NCBI GenBank assembly: GCA_025594325.1
Contig: JANHCV010000006.1
Location: forward strand, 1,488,001 to 1,552,000
Reading direction: 5' to 3'
Origin: Blastocladiella emersonii ATCC 22665
Taxonomy: Eukaryota > Fungi > Blastocladiomycota
DNA length: 64,000 nt
This document shows, piece by piece, positions 54,083 to 64,000 of the stretch. Below the pieces are notes generated by a model. It saw nothing but the letters and a program-made list of their open reading frames with translations, searched no databases and had not been told where the DNA came from. The translations under genes were made by a program, and so were the position numbers. Within the stretch, counting starts at the first letter, position 1, and every line of letters starts with the position of its first letter.

Positions 54083-55571
54083 TCAAGCAACAACCACAAA
54101 CGCGACAGCGACCGCGACCAGCGCCTGCGCGGCGCTCAGTACCGCGGACACGGACGCCGCGCCAGACTTGGCGTTCGCCGTCGGGGACGCGGCGGCGCCC
54201 GAGCCGCCTGCCGACGACGACTTGGACGGCGACGCGATGAGGGCCTCGAGCGGGCCGAGGTTGAGGTTCTTGAGGTCGTTGAGCGACGGCAGCTGCTTGC
54301 CCTCGGCGGCGAGGCGGTTGGCGAAATCGGTGGCGAGCTTGGCCGCGGCCATGGTCGAGTTGAGCTTATCGGCGGGGAAGTTGAACGACTTGAGGAAGTC
54401 CTCGGAGAAGGGCGCGATCTGCGGGATCTTGCCGCCAGCGCCGATGCCCGGGGTCGCCGTGGGCGCGGCGGTCGCACCCGACGTTGTGGCCGTGGGGGTT
54501 GCAGTGCCCGTCGCAGTACCCGTCGCGAACGTGGACCCGCCGGCCGCGTCGCGGCCCGTGTTGGACGCAGCGGCGCCCGGCTCGGCGAACCGGTAGCACA
54601 GGTTGGCCTGGTGGTCGAGCAGGAACCCGGCCTTGGCGCCCATCACGTCGTCGTTCTTGCTCACGGGCTTGCCCGCGTGCTCGCCGTCGTACATGTCGGC
54701 GTTCGCCGCCGATTGGGCCTGCCAGTTGGAAAAGACCTTGTCGACGCCGTTGTGGTGCATCTACGGTGCAGCGGGAGTGGGGGTGGGTGGGTGGGGTGGG
54801 TAGGTCAGCTCAAGTTCGCGTCGCGACCAACGCTCACGACGTACCCAGAACAGCGGATCCCATGGCGACTGGAGCAAGTTGGCCATATCGCCACCGACTC
54901 CGTTATGAGCTGCCGCGTGCCCTCCCATCTCGATATACGAACTGAAGTCGCTGTACGAGGCGCGCGAGACGCGGGCCAGGATCGCCTGCACGGGTTCGAC
55001 CATCCACGCTCCGTTGCGCAGCCCGCGGCGGACGCACGAGCCGTCCGTCTTCTTAAAATTGGCAAACGGTGTCGTCAGGCATCCCGCCGCGCCCGAGCCG
55101 AACATGTTGGGCGAGAAAACGGGCGAGGCGCCCGGGTTGGCCGCGTCGAGCGAGCTCGCCCAGTACGGCAGCGCCGCCGGCGTGCCGCCCGTCTCGGCCA
55201 CGAAATCCTTCTCGAACATGGACAGCATCTGGCGGTGCCACACGAGGAAGTGCGGGGAGCTACAGAACGGCGAACATCAGGGACCCCATCACGACAGCCA
55301 CGGTCGTGAGGCGCAGGACGTACTTGTGCGCAAACTCGCTGTTGTCCTGGTGCATCTTGACGTAGCTCGCGAGCTTGCCCTTCGACATGAGCGCATTGAA
55401 GGCCTTCTGGATCCCCGCAATCTCGGCGGGCGACAGGTCGCGCACCTCCTTGCGCACGCGGACCGACGCGCACTGCGCGTTGGCCTCCTGTGCGGCGAGC
55501 GCCAGCGTCAACGCCACCACGGCGACGAGGAGCTGGAGCAGCGACATGGGGCGGCGGAGGGTGCGGGCCAT
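54083..55571 (-). CDS. Secreted tyrosinase (type-3 di-copper) with a probable GPI signal
   Basis: Introns 55323..55260 and 54844..54761. CuA (H...AHNSPHFLVWHR) and CuB (HAAAHNGVGGDM...SPWDPLFWMHHNGVD), signal peptide and hydrophobic C-terminus. The start may be 55547. Confidence 0.92.
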
Positions 55572-56625
55572 GGTGAGGTTGGAGTGGATGGTGAAGCGGG
55601 TCGGGATGAAGGCCGCGCTCGAGTCGTCTAGCTGTTGAAAGGCCGGCCGTCAAGGCAAGACGAGCGGGCGGGTTGTATAAATGTATCCTGCGAGCAGGGA
55701 GAGCGAGGACCACGAATGAACTCTCAACTCGGCGGTACGGCGTCCGCTCATGAGTTCCGTGGCTCAGGGACGCGGGGCTGAGAGGTGGCTCAATGAAGCC
55801 CCGTGTGTGGCGGTGGCTCGGCGATGCACGCGACGTGGCTTGGTCGCGTCAACAGCGCGACAAGTTCCAGCGACGTGAACTCCTCCTTCGCACGTACGAC
55901 GTTCACTCAAGCGGCGAGGTCACCGCGTTACGCGTGGACGCGGTCATGGTCGCGCTGGCGGCCGAGGCATCACGGCGGCGACGGCGCACAAGTACGCGCA
56001 CACTAGCTGACAGTCGGTCATCTTTTTAGCTTCGAGGTTAAGGACATGTCATGGCCGGCACTCAGAGTTCAGGGCCTCGGCTGACCTCAGCTACACCCTC
56101 GGCGGTGACGCCAGCGAGCGAGTAACTACTGAGGTCGCGCCCTGGCCTCGCGCCGCGCGAGTCGAGCTCGGAGCCCACCGGCAAGTGCTATAATGGCACA
56201 GGGAGTTTTCAACTGGCTGAAGTGACTGTGAAGGTAGGCTGGCGGGCAGTTCAGTGATGGACGGACATGATCCACGTTCAGCCCCTCGCGTCGACGCGCA
56301 CGGTCCGACCCCGACCGAGGTCCGCGACCTGGCTGTAAGTTCACGCGGACGAGACTATTCGTTGTTATATTTTCGACGTTCGAGTTGGTGTTGGGCTTGC
56401 ACGCGACGTGATGGGTTCAGTGATCCGACGCGACCTGTCAAGCGAGCGGAAGACGCGGTGGCGGCAGAAAGCTATGCATAAACGAGAAATAGGAGAGGGG
56501 GGAAGGGGAGAGAAGTTGTTGTAGGCGACAGCGGGCGCGAGCGAGATGGACAAGGAGAGAATGAACGTGGGGTAGAGTAATGGGGAGGGCGGGTCGGCCC
56601 GCCCGTGTACAAGGAGAGAGTCTTT

Positions 56626-57974
56626 TTAGTTCATGGGCTTGTAGACGATCTTGCGCGACTTGAGGAGCGACCACTTGAAGCGCTTGAGCCACAGCGAGAA
56701 GGCGGACATGCCGGTGAGCAGGATGACGGCCTTGAGGCCCATGAGCTTGCGCTCGTCGTGCTCGGGCTCGGCGGCCCACGCGAGGAACGTGGTCACGTCC
56801 TTGGCGATCTGGGCGGCGGTCGCGGGGGTGCCGTCCTCGTACTCGACCACCTCGTCGTAGATGTTACGGGCCATGCCGATGGCGCCGCCGGGGAAGTACG
56901 GGTTGTAGTTGAGGCCCTCGCGGATCTCGATGCCAGCGGGCGGGTCGCAGTAGCCGGTGAGGAGGGCGAAGATGTAGTCCTCGCCGCCGTGGCGGGCCTT
57001 GACCATGAGCGAGAGGTCGGGCGGGTAGGCGCCGGCGTTGGCGGCACGAGCGGCCTCCTCGTTCGGGTACGGCTTCGGGTGGTAGTCGGACAGCTTGCCG
57101 GGGCGGTTGAACATCTCGCCCTGGTCGTTGGGGCCATCGACAAACTCCATCTCCTCGGCGAGGGCCTTGGCCTCGTCGAGCGAGTGCGAGACGCCGACCA
57201 GGTTGCGGTAGGCGATGCGGTCGAGCGAGTGGCACGCGGCGCACACCTCCTTGTAGACCTGGTAGCCGCGGCGGATCGAGGCGTGGTCAAAGGCGTCGAG
57301 CATGCCCTTGTGGTTCCACGGGTAGTGGGGCGGGTGCAGGCCCTCGGCCTCGGTGTCGGCGTGCACGGCCGACGACGAGGTCAGCGAGACCGAGTAGGCC
57401 AGGGCCGCGGCACCGGTCAGGGTGGCGACCGTGGTCAGGGCGCGACGCGAGGTCTACACGTTGGGGGTGGCCTGTGAGCGGGTCGGTTGACGAGTGGTGG
57501 CGTCCGCAACGGGCGCACGTACCGACTCGGCGGCGGGGGCAGCCGACGAGAAGAGCTGGTAGCAGGAGCAGCGCGGGATACATGGGTGTCGAGTTCATGG
57601 TTGTCGATGGCATGTTCATGGTATACACGGTGGCGGCCTGGTCAGTACACGGTCGCCCGAGCAACGCATCCGATGGGCTGCCGATGCTCCCGAGGTCCGG
57701 TAAACCGTCGCGAGCGGGTGTGGAGTGCAGCGGCGACGACGCGGTGGAGGTGGTGGTAGATGGGGCGCAGTTTGCATCGGCGCTCGCGGCCACTCTCGAT
57801 CGGCCCGCCGCGCTTCAGCAAAGAAACCCATCACCGCGACGTGCTGCACACCCGCACGCTACGGGTCACCGGAGAACAGGAGGAACACCGGGCAGCCCTC
57901 GGACGTCGGGACCGGCGGCTACACACCCGGGCGGAGGCGGTGCGCGAGGACGCGGCGAGGCGCGAGGCGAACAT
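56626..57974 (-). CDS. CYT1: Mitochondrial cytochrome c1
   Basis: Exons 57974..57927, 57555..57523 and 57453..56626 give a presequence followed by [20 protein letters not shown] (CxxCH), [12 protein letters not shown] and a C-terminal TM. Confidence 0.96.
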
Positions 57975-58346
57975 GGTTGCAGGTATGGTGCGGGGCGGGT
58001 GCTGCGGGCGGACGGCGGGGAGTAGACGGGCAGCGTCTCCACGGGCGACGGCGTTACGGCGGTCGGGGCGGGGCGGCAGCGGGTCGAATGGGACGGCGGC
58101 CGCGGCGGCGTGGCGGCGTGCCCGCTTGCATCGGCAGACTTTTTGCGCAGGCCTGTTGTGCCACGCGACATCACCTGACCGGCCCACTTCGCATCGGCCG
58201 CTGTCTCGCGTTTCAGACGCGTGTGGGCGTGCGAGACACTTTTCTCCCCTCGCCTACCGCAACGGCCGAAGCAAACAGCTCGCGTCCATTGACAGATAAT
58301 GAATAATGATAGTCGTCATCACAAACACACACAAATACTTCACATC

Positions 58347-61274
58347 CTACCCTCGCCGCGGGTCCGCCGGCACGGGAGCCAGGGACCCAGTGCTCGCCAC
58401 GCTCCCGCGGCGCGGGTCGAACGCCACACCGCCACCGCCGTTACCGGCCATGCGCGGGTCATGCCGCGGTGGCGGCGCCGGGTAGTCGCGGTCGCGGTCG
58501 CGCTCGCCGCCACCGTACCCGAACCCGTCCGCGGCGGGCGGCGCCGCTGGTGGCCGCGGGAGGCCCGGCACGCCGTACGTACGCGCGCGGTCGTCGCCGT
58601 TCCCGTTGCCGTTACCGAACGCGTGGCCGTGGTGGTACCCACCGCCGTTGCCGTTCCCATCTGCGCCTCCGACGACAGGCTCAAAGTTGGCCCGCAGCCC
58701 GATCCCGCCGCCGGTCCCAGTCCCCGGCTCGGGGCGGTACTTTGGGTTGGCGAGCTTGAACCGCTTGATCTCGAGCGGGTCGATATCGGGTTCCTCGACC
58801 GTGATCCCGCCGCGCAGCGGGCCACTGCGGATCCCGCCCGCGGCGCTCGTCATCATGAACTTGTGGTCGTGGCGGTCCATTTGCCGGTCAATGTCGAGCA
58901 CCGACACGCCCGCGTCGTAGTCGAAGATGGGTTTCGGGCCGAACCCGCAGCCCCACTTGACCTTGAGCAGGGTGGTTTCGCCCGACGGGAGGGAGTAGTC
59001 GTAGTGGTCGAGCTGCTTGCGCGCCTCGTTGGCCTCGCGCCGCGTGTGCATCTTGAGGAAGCAGTTGAACTTGCTGTAGTTGATCTACATGGCCGTGGCG
59101 GGGAATCGGGGTGTGAGTGGCGTGGTTCTCTCGTGTCGCGTTGGCGCGGTGCGGGGTGGGCGATTGGTTCCTGCACTCGCGGTTGCTCGGTGAGCTTCAC
59201 GACTCAGAGAGAGAGAGGGCGCCGACGGGACACGGTGGGACGATGGAGTGAACCAAGATTTGCAATTTGAGCGACATGACGCGTGCGCGTAGAACGCGCA
59301 AGTGGTCGCGCGCGTGTAGGAGGGAGTGCAGGAAACAAGAGTACGCGGCGCGCAAGCGCGAGTGCCGGCCGACGCTGGAGTGCGAGTGAGTAGGAAGACA
59401 GAAACGGACCATGACCGAGGTCACCTTGCCAAACTGGCCGAACAGCTGCTCGAGCATGGACCGCGAAATGTCCTTGACGATGCCGCCAATGTACAGCGTG
59501 CGCGACATGACTACACGATTGGGTGTGCGTTGTGCGTGTGGAGATGTACGGTGGGGAGCGGGGACGCGAGTCGTGCGTGTACAACGTGGCGGGTTCACGT
59601 TGGGTGCAGCGAGTTGAAACCGATCGAAATAGAGCAGCGACAGCAGCAGCAGAAAACCGAGTACGAGTTATGCATGTATCGCACCAGGGAGTTACAGCGA
59701 GTTCAAGTCGAGCAAGTCGGGTGGACGGGACGAAGTCGAGTGCGCGGTCGAGGTCGCGCCGAGGGTTCAAGTTGTACGAGGTAATACAGGGAGGCGAGTC
59801 CGTTAGTCTCCATCCACTCCCCACACTCCACCACCAAGGAACCGTACCCTTGATCTGGTTCGGCGCACACCCGCCCTCGATCTGGATCCACGGCCCGTCG
59901 GGCTTGTTGACGGGCGTGGCGCGCCAGTTGACCTGGAGCGAGTCCTCGCACGCGCGGAGCTCCTCGGGCGACATGGCCGTGAGCGGGTTGGGCCGGTTGC
60001 CGCCGGGTCCGCCCGCACCCGCACCGGCACCGTACCGGCGCGGCGGTGGCGGCGCGCTGCCGCCGAACGCGGGGTCCGACTCGAAGCCGGCGGGCAGGTT
60101 CGGCATGTGGCCGTGGTCATGACCATGGCCGTGGCCGCCGTACGCGTTGGGCGTGCCGGTGCTACCGTTCCCGGTGCCGAACGGCATCCCCGCGGCGGCG
60201 GACCCGCGCTGTTGGTGGTGCTGCTGGTTGAACACGGCGGGGAAGTGGGCGGGCGAGTGCTGATGGTTCTGGTTCTGCTGGAGCTGGGCCGCGGCAACGG
60301 CGAGGTGGGCGAGCGGGGCGAGCACGTCTGGGTTAGCCGCGCCGCCGGCCGCCGCGGCGAGGTTGGCGAGGCCGGGGACGAGCTGCTGGAGCGCGGCGAG
60401 GTTGAGCCCGCCCAGCGGGTTGGCCTCGGCTGGCGCGCCACCGCCACCGGCGCCGGCGAGCGGGTTGAGCGGGGCGCCCGGGGCGGGCGAGTTGGCGTGC
60501 TGGGCCTTGATGGTGCTGCCGAGGTTGGCGAGCATGGACGAGAGGTCGGGCGGATTGGCGGCGGGCACGGTGGGGGCGGCCGGGTTGGCGAGCGAGCCGA
60601 GCGACAGGGCCAGGGCGCTGGTGTCGATGATGGGCGCAGCGCCGGCGGCGACGGGCGCGGCGGGGACGGCACCGGGGGTCACGCCCGGGATGATGATCTG
60701 CGGGATGGCCGTCGGCGCGACTAGACGTGGGAGACACGCGGGTGAGCACCAGGCCACGACCTTCGACGACAGAGGGCGTACCAGGCTGCACGGGGGTAGC
60801 CGCACTCGAAGAAGCCGACGTCTCGTGGCGGACCCACTTGGCCTCGGCCTTGTCGAGGAACTCGGCGGGGAACACGTTGCGCTCGCGCCAGACGTCGATG
60901 AGGCGCTTGATGCGTTGGCGGTCCTTTTCGGGGCACTTGACGAGCTCGGCCGTGAGCTGGGGCAGGTTGGCCTCGAAGCGCGTCACGTAGGGGTCGTCCT
61001 TGGGCTTGCGCTTGCCGTCGGCGAGGGCGGCACGGCAGATCGAGTCGACAAAGTACAGGCCCGACAGCTTGTACTCTGGCGGCGCGCGCTTGATGAAGGT
61101 GGCGACCAGGTGCACCACGGCCTTGTAGTGCTCGCGGTGCCGCATCGCGAGCTTGGTCAGCGCCGCCACGCGCGACGCCGACGCCGGCGCGCGCGACTGC
61201 AGCACGGCCGACAGCTCGGCCTCGAACGGCGCGAGGTCGCGGATGTTGGTCGGGTCGATGACGGGCGGATCCAT
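58347..61274 (-). CDS. NRD1: Nrd1/Seb1-type CID-RRM transcription termination factor
   Basis: Exons 61274..60782, 60720..59848, 59510..59410 and 59084..58347. CID (YKLSGLYFVDSICR), then the Nrd1/Seb1 split RRM: NQIK-VMSRTLYIGG ... FLKMHTRREA ... KVKWGCGFGP ... GITVEEPDI. Confidence 0.9.
59511..59847 (-). other. 337-nt intron with a distal branch point (GACTAAC, 59808..59802) and a 295-nt AG-free tract
   Basis: Donor GTACGG at 59847. No CT on the + strand (no AG on the sense strand) from 59513 to 59807. Acceptor TAG at 59513..59511 restores the conserved IKVMSRTL frame. Confidence 0.8.
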
Positions 61275-61547
61275 GGCGTTGATGCGTTGCGTTGCGGGCG
61301 CGTTGCGTTTGCGGGGAGGGCCGGCTCGATGCGAGCAGGCCGGTGCGAAATGAGCGGCCGGACGGGCTTCGAAGCCAGCGAGCGAGCATCACGTTGGTTT
61401 TGGGATAAGTGGCAGGCGCGCCAGCCGACGCGATCGCCCCACGCGTTTTGCTCGGCCGGCTCCTCCTTGGGGCGCCCCCCGTTTCCGAGCTCTCCCTCCC
61501 CCCGTTCCGACCGTACCACGCCCCGCATTACGCTACGCATCAACACC

Positions 61548-62258
61548 ATGAGCATCTACCAGCGCGGCTACCTGGTCGTGTACAACGCCATCTCGTTCCT
61601 CGGGTGGGGCTCGATCCTGGCTCGCGCGGCGCTCGCCCTCGTCAACGGCGCGTCGCCCGCGGACCTGTACTCGGTGGTCGGCGACGATCTGCGCTACGTG
61701 CAGACGCTGGCCGTGTTCGAGATCGTGCACGCGGTGCTGGGCATCGTCAAGTCGCCCATCATCACGACCGCCACGCAGATCGCGTCGCGGCTGCTCATCG
61801 TGTGGGTGACGCTGCACGGCGTCACGGACGCGGCCGTCCAGCAGCACTGGACGTTCCTGACGCTGATCGTCGCGTGGTGCTCGACCGAGATCGTCCGCTA
61901 CTCGTTCTACGGCCTGTCGCAGGTCAACGTTAAGCCGTACTTCCTCGTCTGGCTCCGGTACGCGTGTTTGCGCCCCCCCCCCCCCCACTTGATGCGCCAG
62001 CTAACCTCTCCCCAAACCTGTAGCTACACCTCGTTCATCCCGCTGTACCCGCTCGGCGTCTTCTCCGAGTGCTCGCTGATCGTCGCGTCGCTGCCCGCCG
62101 CCCACGCCTACAGCCCTGCCCTCTACTACGCCCTCATCGCCATCCTCTTCACGTACCCGCCCGGCCTCTACATGCTCTACACCTACATGATCAAGCAGCG
62201 CAAGAAGGTTCTCGGCGGCGGCTCGTCGACTGCCGCCAAGAAGGTCAAGTCGCAGTAA
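61548..62258 (+). CDS. PHS1: Very-long-chain 3-hydroxyacyl-CoA dehydratase (PHS1/HACD)
   Basis: YLVVYN, QTLAVFEIVH, TATQIASR, AWCSTEIVRYSFY, WLRY(T)SFIPLYPLG and YMLYTYMIKQRKK; 66-nt intron 61958-62023. Confidence 0.95.
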   Translation: MSIYQRGYLVVYNAISFLGWGSILARAALALVNGASPADLYSVVGDDLRYVQTLAVFEIVHAVLGIVKSPIITTATQIASRLLIVWVTLHGVTDAAVQQHWTFLTLIVAWCSTEIVRYSFYGLSQVNVKPYFLVWLRYACLRPPPPHLMRQLTSPQTCSYTSFIPLYPLGVFSECSLIVASLPAAHAYSPALYYALIAILFTYPPGLYMLYTYMIKQRKKVLGGGSSTAAKKVKSQ

Positions 62259-62379
62259 GTTGCGGCGGCTCCCTGTACATCACCCTCCGCGTCATTTTGT
62301 TTTGTACAACACGGATTTTAATAGTCAATCATCGATCATGCAAGCAATACACGCAAAAGTCACCCACCACCCCGCTCAA

Positions 62380-64000
62380 TCACTCGAACCCCGCCGTTGA
62401 CGAGTCGGACCGCTTCGACCCGAGCAAGCTCGACGTGCTGAGCGGCCGGGGCTTGGGCAGCCGCGACGACAGTCCCGCCGACGTGGGCAAAGGCGATCCA
62501 GGCGCCGGAAGCCCCGACTGAACCCCGCCAAGTGCCGCGAACGCAAGCTGCGGCGACGCGGGGCTCGCGTTGAGCGAGTTCGCGCGCTCGAGCGCCGCGA
62601 GCTTGCGCGGCGTCGAGTCGGCCGCGAGCGGGAGCATGCCGCGCGTCGACAGCGACGGCGGGCCCGGGTTGAATCCGCGCGGGAGCGGCGCTACCGCCAC
62701 GGCCGGCTCAACGTTCTCGTCCGCGGAGTCGTCGAGCGACGCCGTCGACAGGTTCGACACGATGCTCGTGGTCGACGACGACGCGGACGCCGCGATGGCC
62801 GAGTCCGAGAGCAACATCGCGCGCGCCGCGGGTTTCGGCGACGAGGGCACGGGTGCGGGGGCGGGCAGGTCGAGCGGCGCGGCGAGGATCCCGAGCGGGT
62901 CGGCGGGGCCGGCCGGGGCGGTGGTGGTCTCGTTGGGCGGTACCTCCTGCATCACCTCGTCCTCATCTTCCTCGACGTTCACGACGTTGGCGACCTGGAG
63001 GATCTCGGCGCGCGACTGCGGCGCGGGGATCAGCTCGGGCGCGGGCCCGAGGAACCGGCGCTTCGCGGGCACCTCGATCTCGTCGGCCTCGCGCAGCCGC
63101 TTGGTCACGAGCTTGGTCGCGGCCGACTCGAGCCGCGCCGTGCGCTGCGTGAACCCCGTCACCAGCTGCTTGCAGTTGTCGACCATGGTCTGCGACTTGC
63201 GCGAGGTCAGTTTGCGGGACGCGAAAGCGGAAGGAGAGAAACGCGCACCTTGTGCTTCCACCACTGCGCGTCCTTGGTCACACCGTCCTTGGCCTTGGCC
63301 GACGCGTCCTTGAACGCGGCGACGCCCGCCGCGACCGTCGACGCGGCGGCCCCGAGCCCCTCGGCCGCGACCGCCGCGTGCGCCGCGAGGCTCTGCTCGA
63401 TCTGCGCGACGTGCTGGTGGACCGCCGCCGTCGCTGTCGCGAGGGACGTGCCCGTCGCCGTCGCGTGCGCCGCGGCGCCCGTCTCGGCGGCCGTGACCTG
63501 CGCCGTCGCCGCGGTCGCAAAGTCGGTGATGAGCGACCGCCCGGAATCGAGCGCGCACTCGGCCGCGAAATGCCCCGCGCCAGCCTTATCGCGGGCCTCG
63601 TTCGTGACGGCCGTCAGCGCCGTGACCTGGGCGACCGCGAGCGCGCCAAACGATTGCACGTCGGCCTCGACGCCCTCGACGGCGCCGCGCGTGGTCGCGG
63701 CCGCGGCCTGGATGGCCCCGACGCGAGTCGCGACGAACGCGTCAACGAGCCGCCCGATATCCGCGACGAGCGTGCGCGACATGGCGGTGGTCTCGGTCAC
63801 GTCGCGGTCGGCGGCCGCGCGCGCCGCCTCGCTGGCCGCCTGCAGCTTGGCCACGGTGTCGGCGCGGAACTGCGTGACCTGGGTCTCGAGCGCCGCCAGG
63901 GACTCGGCGTGTGCGCCAAAGTGCGTCGCGAGCGCGGAGAAGACGAACCCGAGGTCCGTCGTCAGCGTGTCGGACCACGCCGCGTGCTGCTGGCGGAGAG
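62380..64000 (-). CDS. 3' part of a coiled-coil protein, probably a kinesin-5 (BimC/Eg5) stalk and tail; 5' end lies outside the window
   Basis: Long Ala-rich heptad region, 59-nt intron 63248..63190, then EVPAKRRFLGPAPELIPAPQSRAEIL, which resembles the BimC-box region, and a disordered tail. The motor domain is not visible. Confidence 0.5.

Noticed and set aside
57800-57830. Box C/D snoRNA in the CYT1 intron (GTGATGG...CTGA)
   Set aside because: Box C is imperfect, the spacing is too short and the possible rRNA complementarity is only about 9 nt.
61973-61986. 14-nt poly-C run
   Set aside because: Simple homopolymer inside the PHS1 intron, with no coding effect.

Overview
Gene-dense, GC-rich eukaryotic nuclear DNA with spliceosomal introns. 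By hand, most introns are 54-84 nt with GT(A/G/C)CG-type donors, CT(A/G)AC branch points and (T/C)AG acceptors. Fungal-type genes (ADE5,7 fusion, Nrd1/Seb1, PHS1, tyrosinase) together with a cilium-associated LRRC71-like gene suggest a zoosporic fungus such as an Allomyces-like Blastocladiomycota; this is inference only. I resolve about 23 protein-coding genes or pseudogenes. Left to right: a 5'-truncated membrane-protein paralog, ECM29, a low-GC decayed ORF, two tandem 7TM receptor-like genes, one pseudogene and one intact copy of a 12TM protein, ADE5,7, an NDR-family kinase, LRRC71-like, a Sog2-like LRR protein, KDM5/Lid, a hypothetical protein, SMC6, YIF1, a third 7TM protein, cofilin, a reeler-domain GPI protein, a DUF4436-like protein, a glycosylated membrane protein, tyrosinase, cytochrome c1, NRD1/SEB1, PHS1 and a 5'-truncated probable kinesin-5 tail. 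I saw no rRNA, tRNA, CRISPR array or intact transposon. Best leads: (1) a three-copy family with both membrane halves of animal-type transmembrane adenylyl cyclases but no catalytic domain, clustered with GPCR-like genes that share a conserved promoter box; (2) an NRD1/SEB1 intron whose branch point lies about 290 nt from its acceptor across a completely AG-free tract, next to a frameshifting 101-nt RRM exon; (3) an NDR kinase carrying an N-terminal CRIB motif and lacking the alphaG segment; (4) a GC-AG intron directly after the cofilin start codon. All family assignments are by-eye motif recognition, not database results.
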